This document shows, piece after piece, positions 11,709 to 22,077 of a DNA stretch of 33,730 nt (within the stretch, counting starts at the first letter, position 1; each line of letters starts with the position of its first letter). The notes under the pieces are model-generated. The model saw nothing but the letters and a program-made list of their open reading frames with translations, did no database searches and was not told the DNA's origin. The position numbers and the translations under genes were made by a program. Origin of the DNA: Adineta steineri. Its lineage: Eukaryota. The stretch lies in contig CAJNOI010000010.1 in assembly GCA_905250115.1 (NCBI GenBank), positions 402,938 through 436,667 on the forward strand, read 5' to 3'.

Positions 11709-13355
11709 ATGAATGGAATGAAACGTCCAAAAACAAAATATCGATCTGTACCTATAACTGACAATCATATTCCTGAAAGTCCATTCAATCATCAATTTCG
11801 TTTTGTTGATAAAAATGGTCATATTAATACAAATTATTCATCAATTGAACATATAAAAAATATGCATTCAAATATAATTTTATTTATTATGAAATCTGAG
11901 TGGTGGATTGTATTAACAATTGTTTTATTTGGTTTTGTCATAAGTTGGTTTTTTTTTGCATTTCTCTATTTTCTTGTTTCAATTGAACATGGAGATTTTG
12001 TTTTAAATGAAGAACAACAAGCTTTATTAGATAATCAAACAAATTCTACACGTTATTATTCCAAAACTGAACGAGAAAAATGTGTACAAGATGTACATAA
12101 TTTTTTAAGTGCATTACTTTTTTCTATTGAAACTCAACATACAATTGGTTATGGTTCAAGATATATTACAACTGAATGTATGGGTGGAATACTTGTATTA
12201 ACTCTTCAATCATCACTTGGATATTTATTACAAGTTATTGTAACACAAATTGTTTTTACGAAATTATCAAGACCAAAAGGTGAAGATTACTCTAGAAATA
12301 AATTCTTGCTTTATAATTCAATATTAATCTAATAAGAACATTTTCATATAGTTTTAACCTTGGAAATAACCTCTAGATATAAATAATGATTTGATTGAAT
12401 TACATCTCGATGATATAGCCAATAGCATATTATTATAAATCAAAATCATCTGATTTTTCTTCTATGATCCTATAAATAAATTAATTATATTTTAGAAAAA
12501 TCACAATTTGTTGTGTTCAGTGATAAAGCACTTATTGTACCACGAGGTAAACTATTAACTATGACATTTCGAATAGGTATTATCAATAAAATATATGCTG
12601 AAAATCTTAAATAAAAATTTAATTTTTTTTATCTAGGTAATTTATCTGCTTCTCAATTAATTTTTGCTGGTGTTCGTTTATTAATGATACGTAAACGACG
12701 AACACTTGAAGGTGAAATTATTCCTCATCATATATATGATATGGAAATATCACATCTTCGTAATGGTCAATTATTTTTCCCACGACCAATTGTTGTTGAA
12801 CATATTATTAATTCTCGTAGTCCTCTGTATGGTGTTCAACGAGACACAGTCGATAAAGAACATTTTGAAATCATTGCTATTATTGAAGGTAGTTTTGATT
12901 ACACTGGATTTTCATGTCATTTTCGCACATCTTATTTACCGAATGAACTTGTATGGGGTTTTCAATTTTCAACATGTCAATCAACATTAAGTGGATTTGA
13001 TTTTGCAAAATTCAATGATGTTAAACTGGTTTATGCTTATCCAATTTGGAATTATGAAGAACAAGAAGAAGCAGACAATACTTCAACAACACCTAGTTCA
13101 CCAATTAATTCAGTATCTTTCTATTCTAAATATTTAACGGAATCTAGTTATTATGAAAATCTTCCACGACAAAAATCAGCGGATGAAACTAGTCTACTTA
13201 AGAAGAGATTTAGAAAATTAGAAACAATCAAATCATTTAGAAGTTCTAGTTTTAAAGAAATATCAATAATAGATGATTATGATGATGAACAAAGCGAAAT
13301 AGAAAAACTTTCACCTACATTGAGTAATTCTTTTCTAGATAAAAACTCGATTTGA
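11709..13355 (+). CDS. KCNJ-like (Kir): Inward-rectifier potassium channel (Kir family), 3 exons, 456 aa.
   Basis: Exons are 11709-12279, 12496-12576 and 12637-13355. They sum to 1371 nt, which is 457 codons. The Kir N-terminus reads RFVDKNGHINTNY...WW, and the M1 helix reads IVLTIVLFGFVISWFFFAFLYFLVSIEHGD. The pore signature is TQHTIGYGSRYITTECMGGILVLTLQSSLGYLLQVIVTQIVFTKLSRPK. The cytoplasmic domain reads KSQFVVFSDKALIVPRGKLLTMTFRIGNLSASQLIFAGVRLLMIRKRRTLEGEIIPHHIYDMEI...FEIIAIIEGSFDYTGFSCHFRTSYLPNELVWGFQF. The C-tail is long and Ser-rich. Confidence 0.9.
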
Positions 13356-13646
13356 ATGAATAAATAAAAAAAATAGAAAATTTACTAAAGTTTTATTTAT
13401 TTTTATATAAGAGAAAGACAAGAGAATGAATGTTCATATGTCAGAATCATAATGATAAACAATAGAACATGATTTACAATATGTGTGTACGTGTATTTGA
13501 TAATGTCTAGAATATGTAAAAGATAATAATATCTTCTGATCTCATTTATTTTCAATATGTATTGTAAGTATGTAGAACAAAAAAAATAGAATATGCATGA
13601 ATAATATAAAAGAAGAAATATGATGTGTTTGTATCTTTTCATTTGA

Positions 13647-13990
13647 AATTATTCAAGGTGAACAAAATAATCAATTAGCAATTTATCGTAATTATCCATC
13701 ACATGAAAAATTTTCCATTGAATATCAAAAACAAGAAATTAATCATTGTGCAGATCTTTTACAACAATGGCTTGATAATTATAATGGTTAATATCATTTA
13801 TTTCAAAAAAAAACTTTTTATTTATTTATTTTCTAGATGATGATCAAATTAGTTATGAAACCGGTTTGTTTAATAGTTCAATTTAATACAACATATTTTT
13901 TTTCTATATTCTATATAATAGATGTTTATTTCGATTGTGTCGAACAATTCAAAGATGAATGTGATCCTACGGAAGAACAAAAACTTTGTA
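13647..13990 (+). CDS. Unassigned coding-like small exons, possibly one small gene. They are in splice-consistent frames and end with a Cys-containing motif. Identity is unknown.
   Basis: Candidate exons are about 13649-13790 (..GEQNNQLAIYRNYPSHEKFSIEYQKQEINHCADLLQQWLDNYN), 13836-13866 (DDDQISYET) and 13926-13989 (DVYFDCVEQFKDECDPTEEQKLCK*). They are joined by ag/gt sites with compatible phases. No start codon was identified, and I could not match them to a known family. Confidence 0.25.
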
Positions 13991-14018
13991 AATAACTTTT
14001 GTCTATAATTAGGGAATA

Positions 14019-14191
14019 TATATAGATTAGGAAAAGTCTAAGAGGATATGCGCGCAAGTTGAGATCTCGAGTTTTTACTACAGTAGGTCATTCATACAGT
14101 TTCAGAATTTTTTTGGATGAGCTATTGTAGTAAAAATTCGAGATCTCAACTTGCGCACACATCCTCTTAGACTTTTTCTAGTCTATATACT
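14019..14191. repeat. Roughly 170-bp near-perfect palindrome (foldback or MITE-like element). Its arms are about 65 nt at roughly 90% identity around a 38-nt loop, and it sits in TA-rich flanks.
   Basis: The left arm is atatatagattaggaaaagtctaagaggatatgcgcgcaagttgagatctcgagtttttactacag. The right arm is the reverse complement: ctattgtagtaaaaattcgagatctcaacttgcgcacacatcctcttagactttttctagtctatatac. Differences are mostly transitions. Confidence 0.6.
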
Positions 14192-14223
14192 CCAGAGGTG
14201 TAGAATTTTTCCAAAACAAAATT

Positions 14224-14234
14224 CCCCCCCCCCC
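14224..14234. repeat. C11 homopolymer immediately 3' of the palindromic element.
   Basis: A direct read shows attccccccccccctct. This is unusual in a sequence that is about 70% AT. Confidence 0.9.
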
Positions 14235-14257
14235 TCTAAATATGGACAAAATTTGAG

Positions 14258-14636
14258 TTGAAAAGCTTTTTGATACCACCGGTGATTCCCTCGTATCCAT
14301 TTTCTTATTATTCTTCTATAGATAATATTGTTCATGAGGAATCTCTAACAACAAATTCTCATAATCAATTATATGATGATAATTTTATTCCTGTATCAAC
14401 TACTGATCAACCATGGCTCTCTGAGATTTGGTTATCAGTACATCGGAAGTAGGAAAAAAACGCAAATTTCTTTTGAATTAATTCTATGATTTATAAATTA
14501 AATGTTTAGAACAAGTTTATTTCGTCGTTTTATTAATTATTTTTATCGATCTAGAAAACATTCATTACCTAAACTAGCAGAAGAATTTGTTCGTTTATAT
14601 GCTGGACATTTTAATCATCCAGTTGGTTTTCGTGTA
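14258..14636 (+). CDS. Additional unassigned coding-like segments, possibly exons of the same unknown gene as 13647-13990.
   Basis: ORF 14258-14452 reads MKSFLIPPVIPSYPF...TDQPWLSEIWLSVHRK. A downstream exon-like block at 14508-14636 (TSLFRRFINYFYRSRKHSLPKLAEEFVRLYAGHFNHPVGFR) ends in a GTAAGT donor. There was no family match and the gene model is unresolved. Confidence 0.2.
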
Positions 14637-15156
14637 AGTTAAAATTTTAATTAAATTTTTCAAACGAAAAAAAAAAACTCAATTTCTTTAGTTTCACATA
14701 TCACATGAAAAAGAAAAATGGCTTCTTATTTTAACTAATATAACACGTAAAATTGTTTTAAATTTCATTCATCTTAAATATATAATTTTATTTAGTTGTT
14801 CATTATTCCGTCTATCCATATCCGTCAACACGAATTGTATTCACTCGTAAAGGTTTATCATATATAGCAAGATAAGAAAACGCGCGTATTAGAAGAAAAT
14901 GTTTGATGAATTTATCATTGTAATTATTGGTATTATTCTTATTCTTCTTAGTGTAATTGCAAATATTATACAATTAATAAAAATGTATCGAAATTCTTAA
15001 TATATTTATATAGATAGAATTATAATACATAAAATTATTGAAATAAAAATAATTAATAGAAAAAAAAGTTTTCGTTTTATTTTTCTCTTCGTTATAACTC
15101 TATGTACATAAATTGTATTATCAATAACTAGAAAACGAAAATTTATTTGTTTGATT

Positions 15157-15717
15157 TCAAGAAAAAACCGAATTACTTTCTTGTGTTTTATTTACAGATT
15201 GAGATGTTTGTGCTAATGTTATATAAAGTTGACTAATTCTATCATTATGTTCTGTATGTATTATTGTATTAAGTTCATGAAACATTTCATGTAAAATATC
15301 AATTTGTTTTTCATTTTTTAAGAATGATGATGATGTATGTTTAAGATTTATTTGTTCTTGTTGTTTAGTTTGAAATAAATTTTGAAAATTTTCATACAAT
15401 TGAGAAAAAGATACTTGTTGATGATGAATAACTTGTCGAGTATGATCATCTGTATGACGTAATAAAGCTAATGTTTGTTTCGTATTATTTCGTTTAATTT
15501 CATCATGAATATTTAATGGTATATATTCAATTAATTGAGTTTGTACACGAAGTAATGTCGATTGAAGACAAACATTTAAAAGACGTAAATTATTTATTTC
15601 CTGTTGAGCTACATGAAGTTGATCAGAAACTTGATTTACAATTAAATAATCTTGTTTTATTGATTTTGAAGAATTTATTTCTCGAGATTCTTCATTAGGA
15701 ATAAGATTTATAATCAT
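15157..15717 (-). CDS. Hypothetical single-exon coiled-coil protein of 186 aa.
   Basis: This is an uninterrupted ORF with heptad-like, Gln/Leu-rich composition (..LHVAQQEINNLRLLNVCLQSTLLRVQTQLIEY..). It lies in a region where no other model explains the sequence, and I recognised no homology. In AT-rich DNA a 186-codon ORF is unlikely to arise by chance, but that alone is not decisive. Confidence 0.3.
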   Translation of the reverse strand: MIINLIPNEESREINSSKSIKQDYLIVNQVSDQLHVAQQEINNLRLLNVCLQSTLLRVQTQLIEYIPLNIHDEIKRNNTKQTLALLRHTDDHTRQVIHHQQVSFSQLYENFQNLFQTKQQEQINLKHTSSSFLKNEKQIDILHEMFHELNTIIHTEHNDRISQLYITLAQTSQSVNKTQESNSVFS

Positions 15718-15889
15718 ATAAAAAAAAGTTTTAATCGAAGCGACATGAAATTGTATATACTGCGCAAAAAACTATTAATATTTCATTATTATCAAATTGT
15801 TTTTATATCTTGTATTGAAAACAAAGATTTCTTGCGATATACAACTTCCGACAGGGAGGTAACAATAGGTTAGTAAAGCTCATTTTATA

Positions 15890-16080
15890 TGAAGTATCGA
15901 ATATCATTATAATTATCGGGTCCCCTACACTTTGCCGACGCCACTTAGTCGAAAGATTGTTTTGCCGAAAGTTACTCTTTGCCGACAGGTTCATTTTGCC
16001 GACAAAAAACTTGAGGATGAGAGTGTGGGAATATCTAAAACTGAACACACCTACACTCACCCACCCCCGTCCTGTAATTA
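15890..16080. repeat. GC-rich island containing a short-period (about 17 nt) degenerate tandem repeat of the core (c/t)tttgccga(c/a). It lies just downstream of the TEP1 3' end.
   Basis: A direct read shows ctttgccgacgccacttagtcgaaagattg / ttttgccgaaagttact / ctttgccgacaggttca / ttttgccgacaaaaaac. These are followed by ...cacctacactcacccacccccgtcc. No hammerhead ribozyme or Sm-alpha-like CUGAUGA core was seen. Confidence 0.5.
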
Positions 16081-16226
16081 TCAACAATATATGTAGATTT
16101 TTTTGTGTTATTTTTTATTTAAAACAAAATATATGTCACTGAAGGAGTAATTATATATGTCAGTATACTACAAATATGAAAAAAAAGAACTATAATGAAG
16201 TATCAGAGAAAATTGTTTGATCACGA

Positions 16227-19200
16227 TTAGGACGAATACCATTGTACTAAATAAAGATTTCCTAATGTATCACCGGCTACAACACCAAAAGTTCCATTAT
16301 TCTTTTGTTTCCATGTACGCATTTGTGTAATTGGTGCTGGTACTGGATATTGTCCTAGAATTTCACTTTTTTCTTCTTGTTCATCATCATTATCATCATT
16401 CATATTATTTGTATGATCAGTTCTATATTGTACTCGTATGACATTATCAAAACCACTTGTAAATATAAATTCATTATTAATTGAACATAATCCTGTAATT
16501 GATCGTTGCTTTGATGATAATTGATTTTTATTCCATGTATTTATATCAGTAAATAAATTTGTTGTTGAATAAATATTTCCATTTGATGTACCTAAGTAAA
16601 ATACTTTATTATCATCAAGATTTTCTATTGATGTTATCCATTCAGATGGAAATGATGTTATATATTCAATTGTTGATGCATATGATACATATAATTTACT
16701 ATCTGTTGTATCAATTAATGATAAATCATATGAACATAATTCATTACTTGTTGAACCAATTGTTAGTATACAATGTTTCTGTTCATTTAATGTTAATATT
16801 GATGATAATGGCCAATGACATGTTTGAGTTTGATATGTTTTTAAACGTTGAAGTGTAGTTGATGAATAGAGATGGAATGTAAGTGAATCAAATGATTGAT
16901 TTTCACCAACAACAAAATATGGCATATCATATTGACCGGAAATAAATGAAACAGGTCCATTTACTGTTGTATCAGTTCTTAAACGTTTTATTGAACATTT
17001 ATTTTGCATTTGTTTATGTGAAATTGTCCAAATTTTAATATTTTTATCAACTGAACCAGTAACAAGTGTATGATTTTCATGATCTGAACGAATTAAACCC
17101 ATACCAAGTATGGTTTCATCATGTGCTTTTATTGATTGTATTATACGAAATGGTTGTTTTGACATTTTAGTTTTATTTATATTTGTATCCATATCATAAT
17201 CATCATTTTGTTCGGATATTAATGACCAAATAAATAAATATGCATCACGTGAAACAGTAAAAACAAGTGAATTATCACGAGAAACAGCAATTGATGTAAT
17301 TTCATCTAAATGACTATCTGGTTCAACGATTTGTGGTGTCATTGCTGATGTTGTTGAATTATTATGTTGAAATACATTAGTTGGAATTTGCCATGAACGA
17401 AGTGTTTTATCAAGTGATGATGTTACAATTGATTCATTACTAACAACAATATCATTTAATGGTTGAGCATGTGCATCATAAACACAACGTTGTTCAGGAT
17501 CAGTTGGTCGCCAGATACGTATTGAATTATCTTCAGATGCACTAACAACAAGCATTTTATCAATTGTATGTGTTGATCGTGAAAGTTCAACTTCTTGTTC
17601 ATCAACTGCATTTGACCATTTATTGTCTGTATCGTTTTCAGTTTTTGTAGTTACACCTTTAAATTTAACCCATAGATCACATGAAGTTATTTTTTCTGTA
17701 TGACCACGTAAACATGTTATTTCTGTTCCTTTATGTGACCATACTCGTATAGTTTTATCTAATGAACCTGATACTATACATCCATATGAAAAACAAACTG
17801 TATTAACAGATCCTTGATGACCACGAAGTGTTACACGAGCTTCTTCTGTATTAGAAGACATAATATCCATTGTATCATTATCTTCATTATCTTGTTGTAT
17901 TTTTTTTGGTATTGTATTCCATATTTTTAATGTATTATCATTTGATGCTGTTGCAAGTAAACCATTATTTGTATTTGATAATGCAATATCATTTATCCAA
18001 TCAGCATGACAATGTGCAAGTGTATTTGTAAGTGTTACCATAGATGTTGATGCATATTGACTTATATTCCATATATGTACTTGACCATCACGACTAGCTG
18101 ATAATAATTGTCGTGTTTCATTATTAAATGTTAAACCAGTTACAGGTGTACGATGCTGTGTTAAAATTTCATTTGGATCAAGTGATGATTGTTCAAATAA
18201 TTTCGATGGTTTATAAAAACATATTGTTGCATCTTCAGATCCTGTTGCAATCATATTTAATTTATTCATAGCACATGAAAGAACAGCTGCTGTATGACCT
18301 TTAAGTATTGTTGTTTGAATACGCATATCATTTCGTTTTCCTAAATCTTTAATATCAAATATTCGTGAGAAACTATCATTAGATGCTGAAATTAAAGTTG
18401 TTCCAGATGAAGAAAGTTGAAGACGATTAATACGTCCTTTATGATAATGAAATTCTTGTTCACTTGTACCATTTTGTATATCAAATATTCTTAATGAACC
18501 TGAATGATATCCAGCAATAATATATTCTCCTTCAGGATGAATTACAATACTTGATACAGCACCCCATGCTTGTTCTTGAATAATCATTTGACATTGACCA
18601 ATTGTTGATGAAAATACTCGAACACGACCGTCATTACCGGCTGATGCTAATTCTGATCCACTAGGTGAAAAATAAATTGAACTAATACGTGCTGATATAA
18701 CACCAACTTGACTACCAACTAATGCATTCCATAAACGACATTCACCATCTATTGAACATGATGCTATGTAACGACCATCAGCAGAATAAGCAACAGTTTT
18801 TATTGAACTTAAATGTCCACGCATAACTGATTTACGTTGTCCACTAGTTACATTCCATTGACGAACAATACCATCCCAACAACCAGTTACTAACATAAAA
18901 CCATCAGGATGAAATGCAACACTTGATACAGGTTTTGGATGTAAATGAATTTCTGTTTCTTTTCGAGCTTTTTGTAAATCCCATATACGTACATATGAAT
19001 CCCATGAAACAGATGCAAATTGTGTACCACGTTGATTTGAACTTAATTCTGAAACTCGTTTATCATGTTTTGGTGTAAGTATATGTAAACGATGACCATT
19101 TGCTACATCCCATACGGATAAACCACCATCATTACTACCACTTGCTAAATGATCATTACCAACAAAACATAATGCACTGATAGGTGCAGCATGACCAACA

Positions 19201-22077
19201 AATAATTTTAATAGACGAGATGTTGACGTATTATAAAGACGAATTAAACAATCAGCAGAACCAGCAGCTAAATAAAGACCTGATGGTGATACTGCTAAAC
19301 ATCGAATAGGTTCTGTAAAACCTTCAATTGAATATTTCATTTGTTCCATATTTTCTGGTTTATTAATACGAACAAATGCTGTTATTTGATTTTCATTATT
19401 AATAGAATTTTCTTGTTGATTTGAAAGTATTTGTTGTATATTATCAAAAACAGGACTTGTTTCTAATTCATTCAATGCCTGTTGATAGATTAATGATGGA
19501 TTAACAGCTAAAATATGACTATTTCGTTGTATAAACGAACGATATTGTTGAAGAATTATTTCACTAGTTTGTCGATCTTTTGTACTTGTTACTAATGGTT
19601 TTTTTGCTCTATTAAATAAACTTGTGTGTGTATTAGTTACAGCGATTGATGAAGTAGTATTAATTAATTCATAATCATCAATTAATGATTGTACAAGACC
19701 AACACGACATTTACCCGCAATAAATTTCAGATCAGTTAATATTGTTGAATATAATTTAAATTCATCACCAGTATATAAATAAAAAGGTAAATGTTCAAAT
19801 GCTTTAACATTCATGGATGTCCAATTCGATCCAGTTGCTTCACACCAATAATAGAAAGCAAGAAGTTTATATAAATGAAGTTGTTGATCATTTGAACGTA
19901 AATAACGTGTTTTAATTATTTGACGAATTTCATTTGATGCTATTGAAACTGTCTGTGGTCCATCATATAATTGTGGTTTTAACAAAATATGACAATTATA
20001 AGTAAAATCAGCTAATTGTAAAGGTGTAGTTGTTATTGGATATGTATAATTTTCAGGTGGTGGTAAAGTTTTAACTGTTCCAAATGAAATATTCATTAAA
20101 TCACGTAATTCTTGTTCAGTTAAATCTTGACGTGCTAGATAAATTAATCCAAATACAGTTGCAACATATTTTTCACCAAATAATACATCTAATCGTTTGA
20201 AAATTTCTAATAAAAATAAATTTTGTTTTTGTGGTATTAATTTTAATTTTTCCGTTATTTTCTTTTCATAATCTGTCATTAATAATAATTCTTCACATAT
20301 TAATGTTAAATATGATGGTTTAAATGAATCACGTTTACTTGTAATAAATTTCATTTGTGATGAAAATGCTTGTTCATCTAATTTCTTACCAAAACGATCA
20401 AGATGTTTACGAACAATTTCACTACGTTCGAGTAATTCAAGATTTGTTAAATTAATTGTTAATAAATTCGACAGTTTTTTACATGCTTGTTCAACAATAC
20501 TATCTTCTGTAGCTGTAAGTATAAATGTTATTTTATCAAAATTAAAATCTTTTGGTATAAAATTTAATGTTTGAACTAATGTATCATTATCAAGTAATTC
20601 AATACCATCAATACATATAACAATATTTGATGAATTTTTTCTCATAAGAAATACATCGGATAAGATTTTACATAGATCTGTATAATTACTTGAACGAATT
20701 TGATCAATTGGAAATTGATTTTGTAATTCCGAATGATCATTTATTATTTGACAAAGTAAACGACGAAGCATTGAAATACTATTTGATGATGAACGTGTTA
20801 TACCAACATAATGTTCATATAATTTAACATTTGTGTTTACATTCGATAATATTTTATTTGCTATGGCGGCAATAGCAGCTGTTTTACCTGAACCTTGTTG
20901 TCCGGTAAGAAGAATAACGGATGATGTACCAATAGATTTAATTGTATCTTGAAGAACTTTAGTTCGACTAACAAAATGTTCCATAAATGATATACGATAT
21001 TGTTTATGTTGATTATCTTCAATTTCATTGTCATCTAATAGGACATATTCAGGTTTATATTCTTCTTGTAATGATGTCCATAAATTATCAATAACACGTT
21101 GTGCAAATTCATCAAGATCAGTAACAAGTGGTCGATCATTTGCTACACCTTGCCACGTACATGGATAACCATCGAATGTTTCAAAACCACTTGAACGTAT
21201 ATGTTGTTTTAATTGACTGACTTTTATTTTTGAATCATCATTTTCCGAAAGAAAATCATCCGACCATGGTTTATGAACATTTTGAAGAAATTTTGGATCA
21301 CGAAAATAAAAAAATGCTCGATTTTGTTTTATTGTTGATGAATGAAATGCACCAGCTTGTACTTCTAAATCTGTTATACTGCGTCCAAGTGGTACTTTTT
21401 TTAACCATGTAAATCGTGGATCATCTTTTGGTACATCATATGATGTAGGTACATAACCATAACGTTCACCAATTAAACCAATAAAATAATCACTACGACA
21501 AACTTCATTAAGACATAGATAAACTGATTGTTTTGTTTGACTTTCTGCAATACCCCATCGAAGATCTGTTTGATAGAGATTAACAAAAAGACTTTTAGCT
21601 CGTTGACGTAATTCAGGAAAAACATAACGTGTAAGAAGATCACGTTCTGCATGCATATCTTTAAATGTTGATGATATAAATACACGTACAGTTCGCCAAC
21701 GTGGTACTAATGTTGTTATAGGTGTTCTAGAAGATAGTTTTGTTTGTTGAGAGTTTGATTGTTCGGTTTGTGTATCATTTTTAATATCAGCTATTTTATT
21801 AAGATTATGTGCATTATCAATATTTTCAACATGTAATAATTGTCCATCATTTCCACGTTCAGCAATAAATTGTAAGATTGAATCCGAAAAACCACTTAGA
21901 AATATATCATTTCGATTATTAAATCGATCGGATTTTGTTAATGAACATTGACTTATACTCAAATCAATACTAACAAACATAAGTTCAGAATTAACTAAAT
22001 AACGATAAAGTGAAAGAAATCGATAAACAAAGTCAGATTCAGCTGTATCAGATTTCAATCCATCAGAAACAATAATA
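16227..22077 (-). CDS. TEP1-like: Giant intronless terminal exon of TEP1 (5851 nt) encoding the end of TROVE, DUF4062, NACHT and the WD40 repeats.
   Basis: A 1958-codon ORF is joined to the upstream exon by a 57-nt micro-intron (GTAAGT donor at 22134, ...ctag acceptor at 22078). There is no in-frame stop across 5.85 kb. Every other gene in the window has exons no longer than about 0.7 kb. Confidence 0.8.

Noticed and set aside
12706-12990. Plus-strand ORF 12706-12990 overlapping Kir exon 3 in another frame.
   Set aside because: The Kir frame has an unambiguous family match (..FEIIAIIEG..). The overlapping frame is hydrophobic low complexity.
13403-13642. Minus-strand ORF 13403-13642 just after the Kir stop codon.
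   Set aside because: It lies in the AT-rich Kir 3' flank. The translation is Tyr/Ile/Leu-rich nonsense with no support.
15890-15960. Possible Sm-alpha-type SINE or hammerhead ribozyme in the GC-rich repeat.
   Set aside because: The element does contain gtcgaaa. However, I found no CUGAUGA core and no stem arrangement of a hammerhead. I kept it only as an unclassified repeat.
15516-16142. ORFs 15516-15698 (plus), 15803-16087 (minus) and 15957-16142 (plus).
   Set aside because: The first is antisense to the coiled-coil ORF. The other two read through the tttgccgac GC-rich repeat, so they are repeat-derived frames and not genes.
16559-21685. Antisense or off-frame ORFs inside the TEP1 giant exon (16559-16858, 21230-21412 and 21473-21685).
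   Set aside because: They are embedded in a 1958-codon ORF with clear NACHT and WD40 identity. The short ORFs are His/Met/Leu-rich low complexity on the opposite strand.
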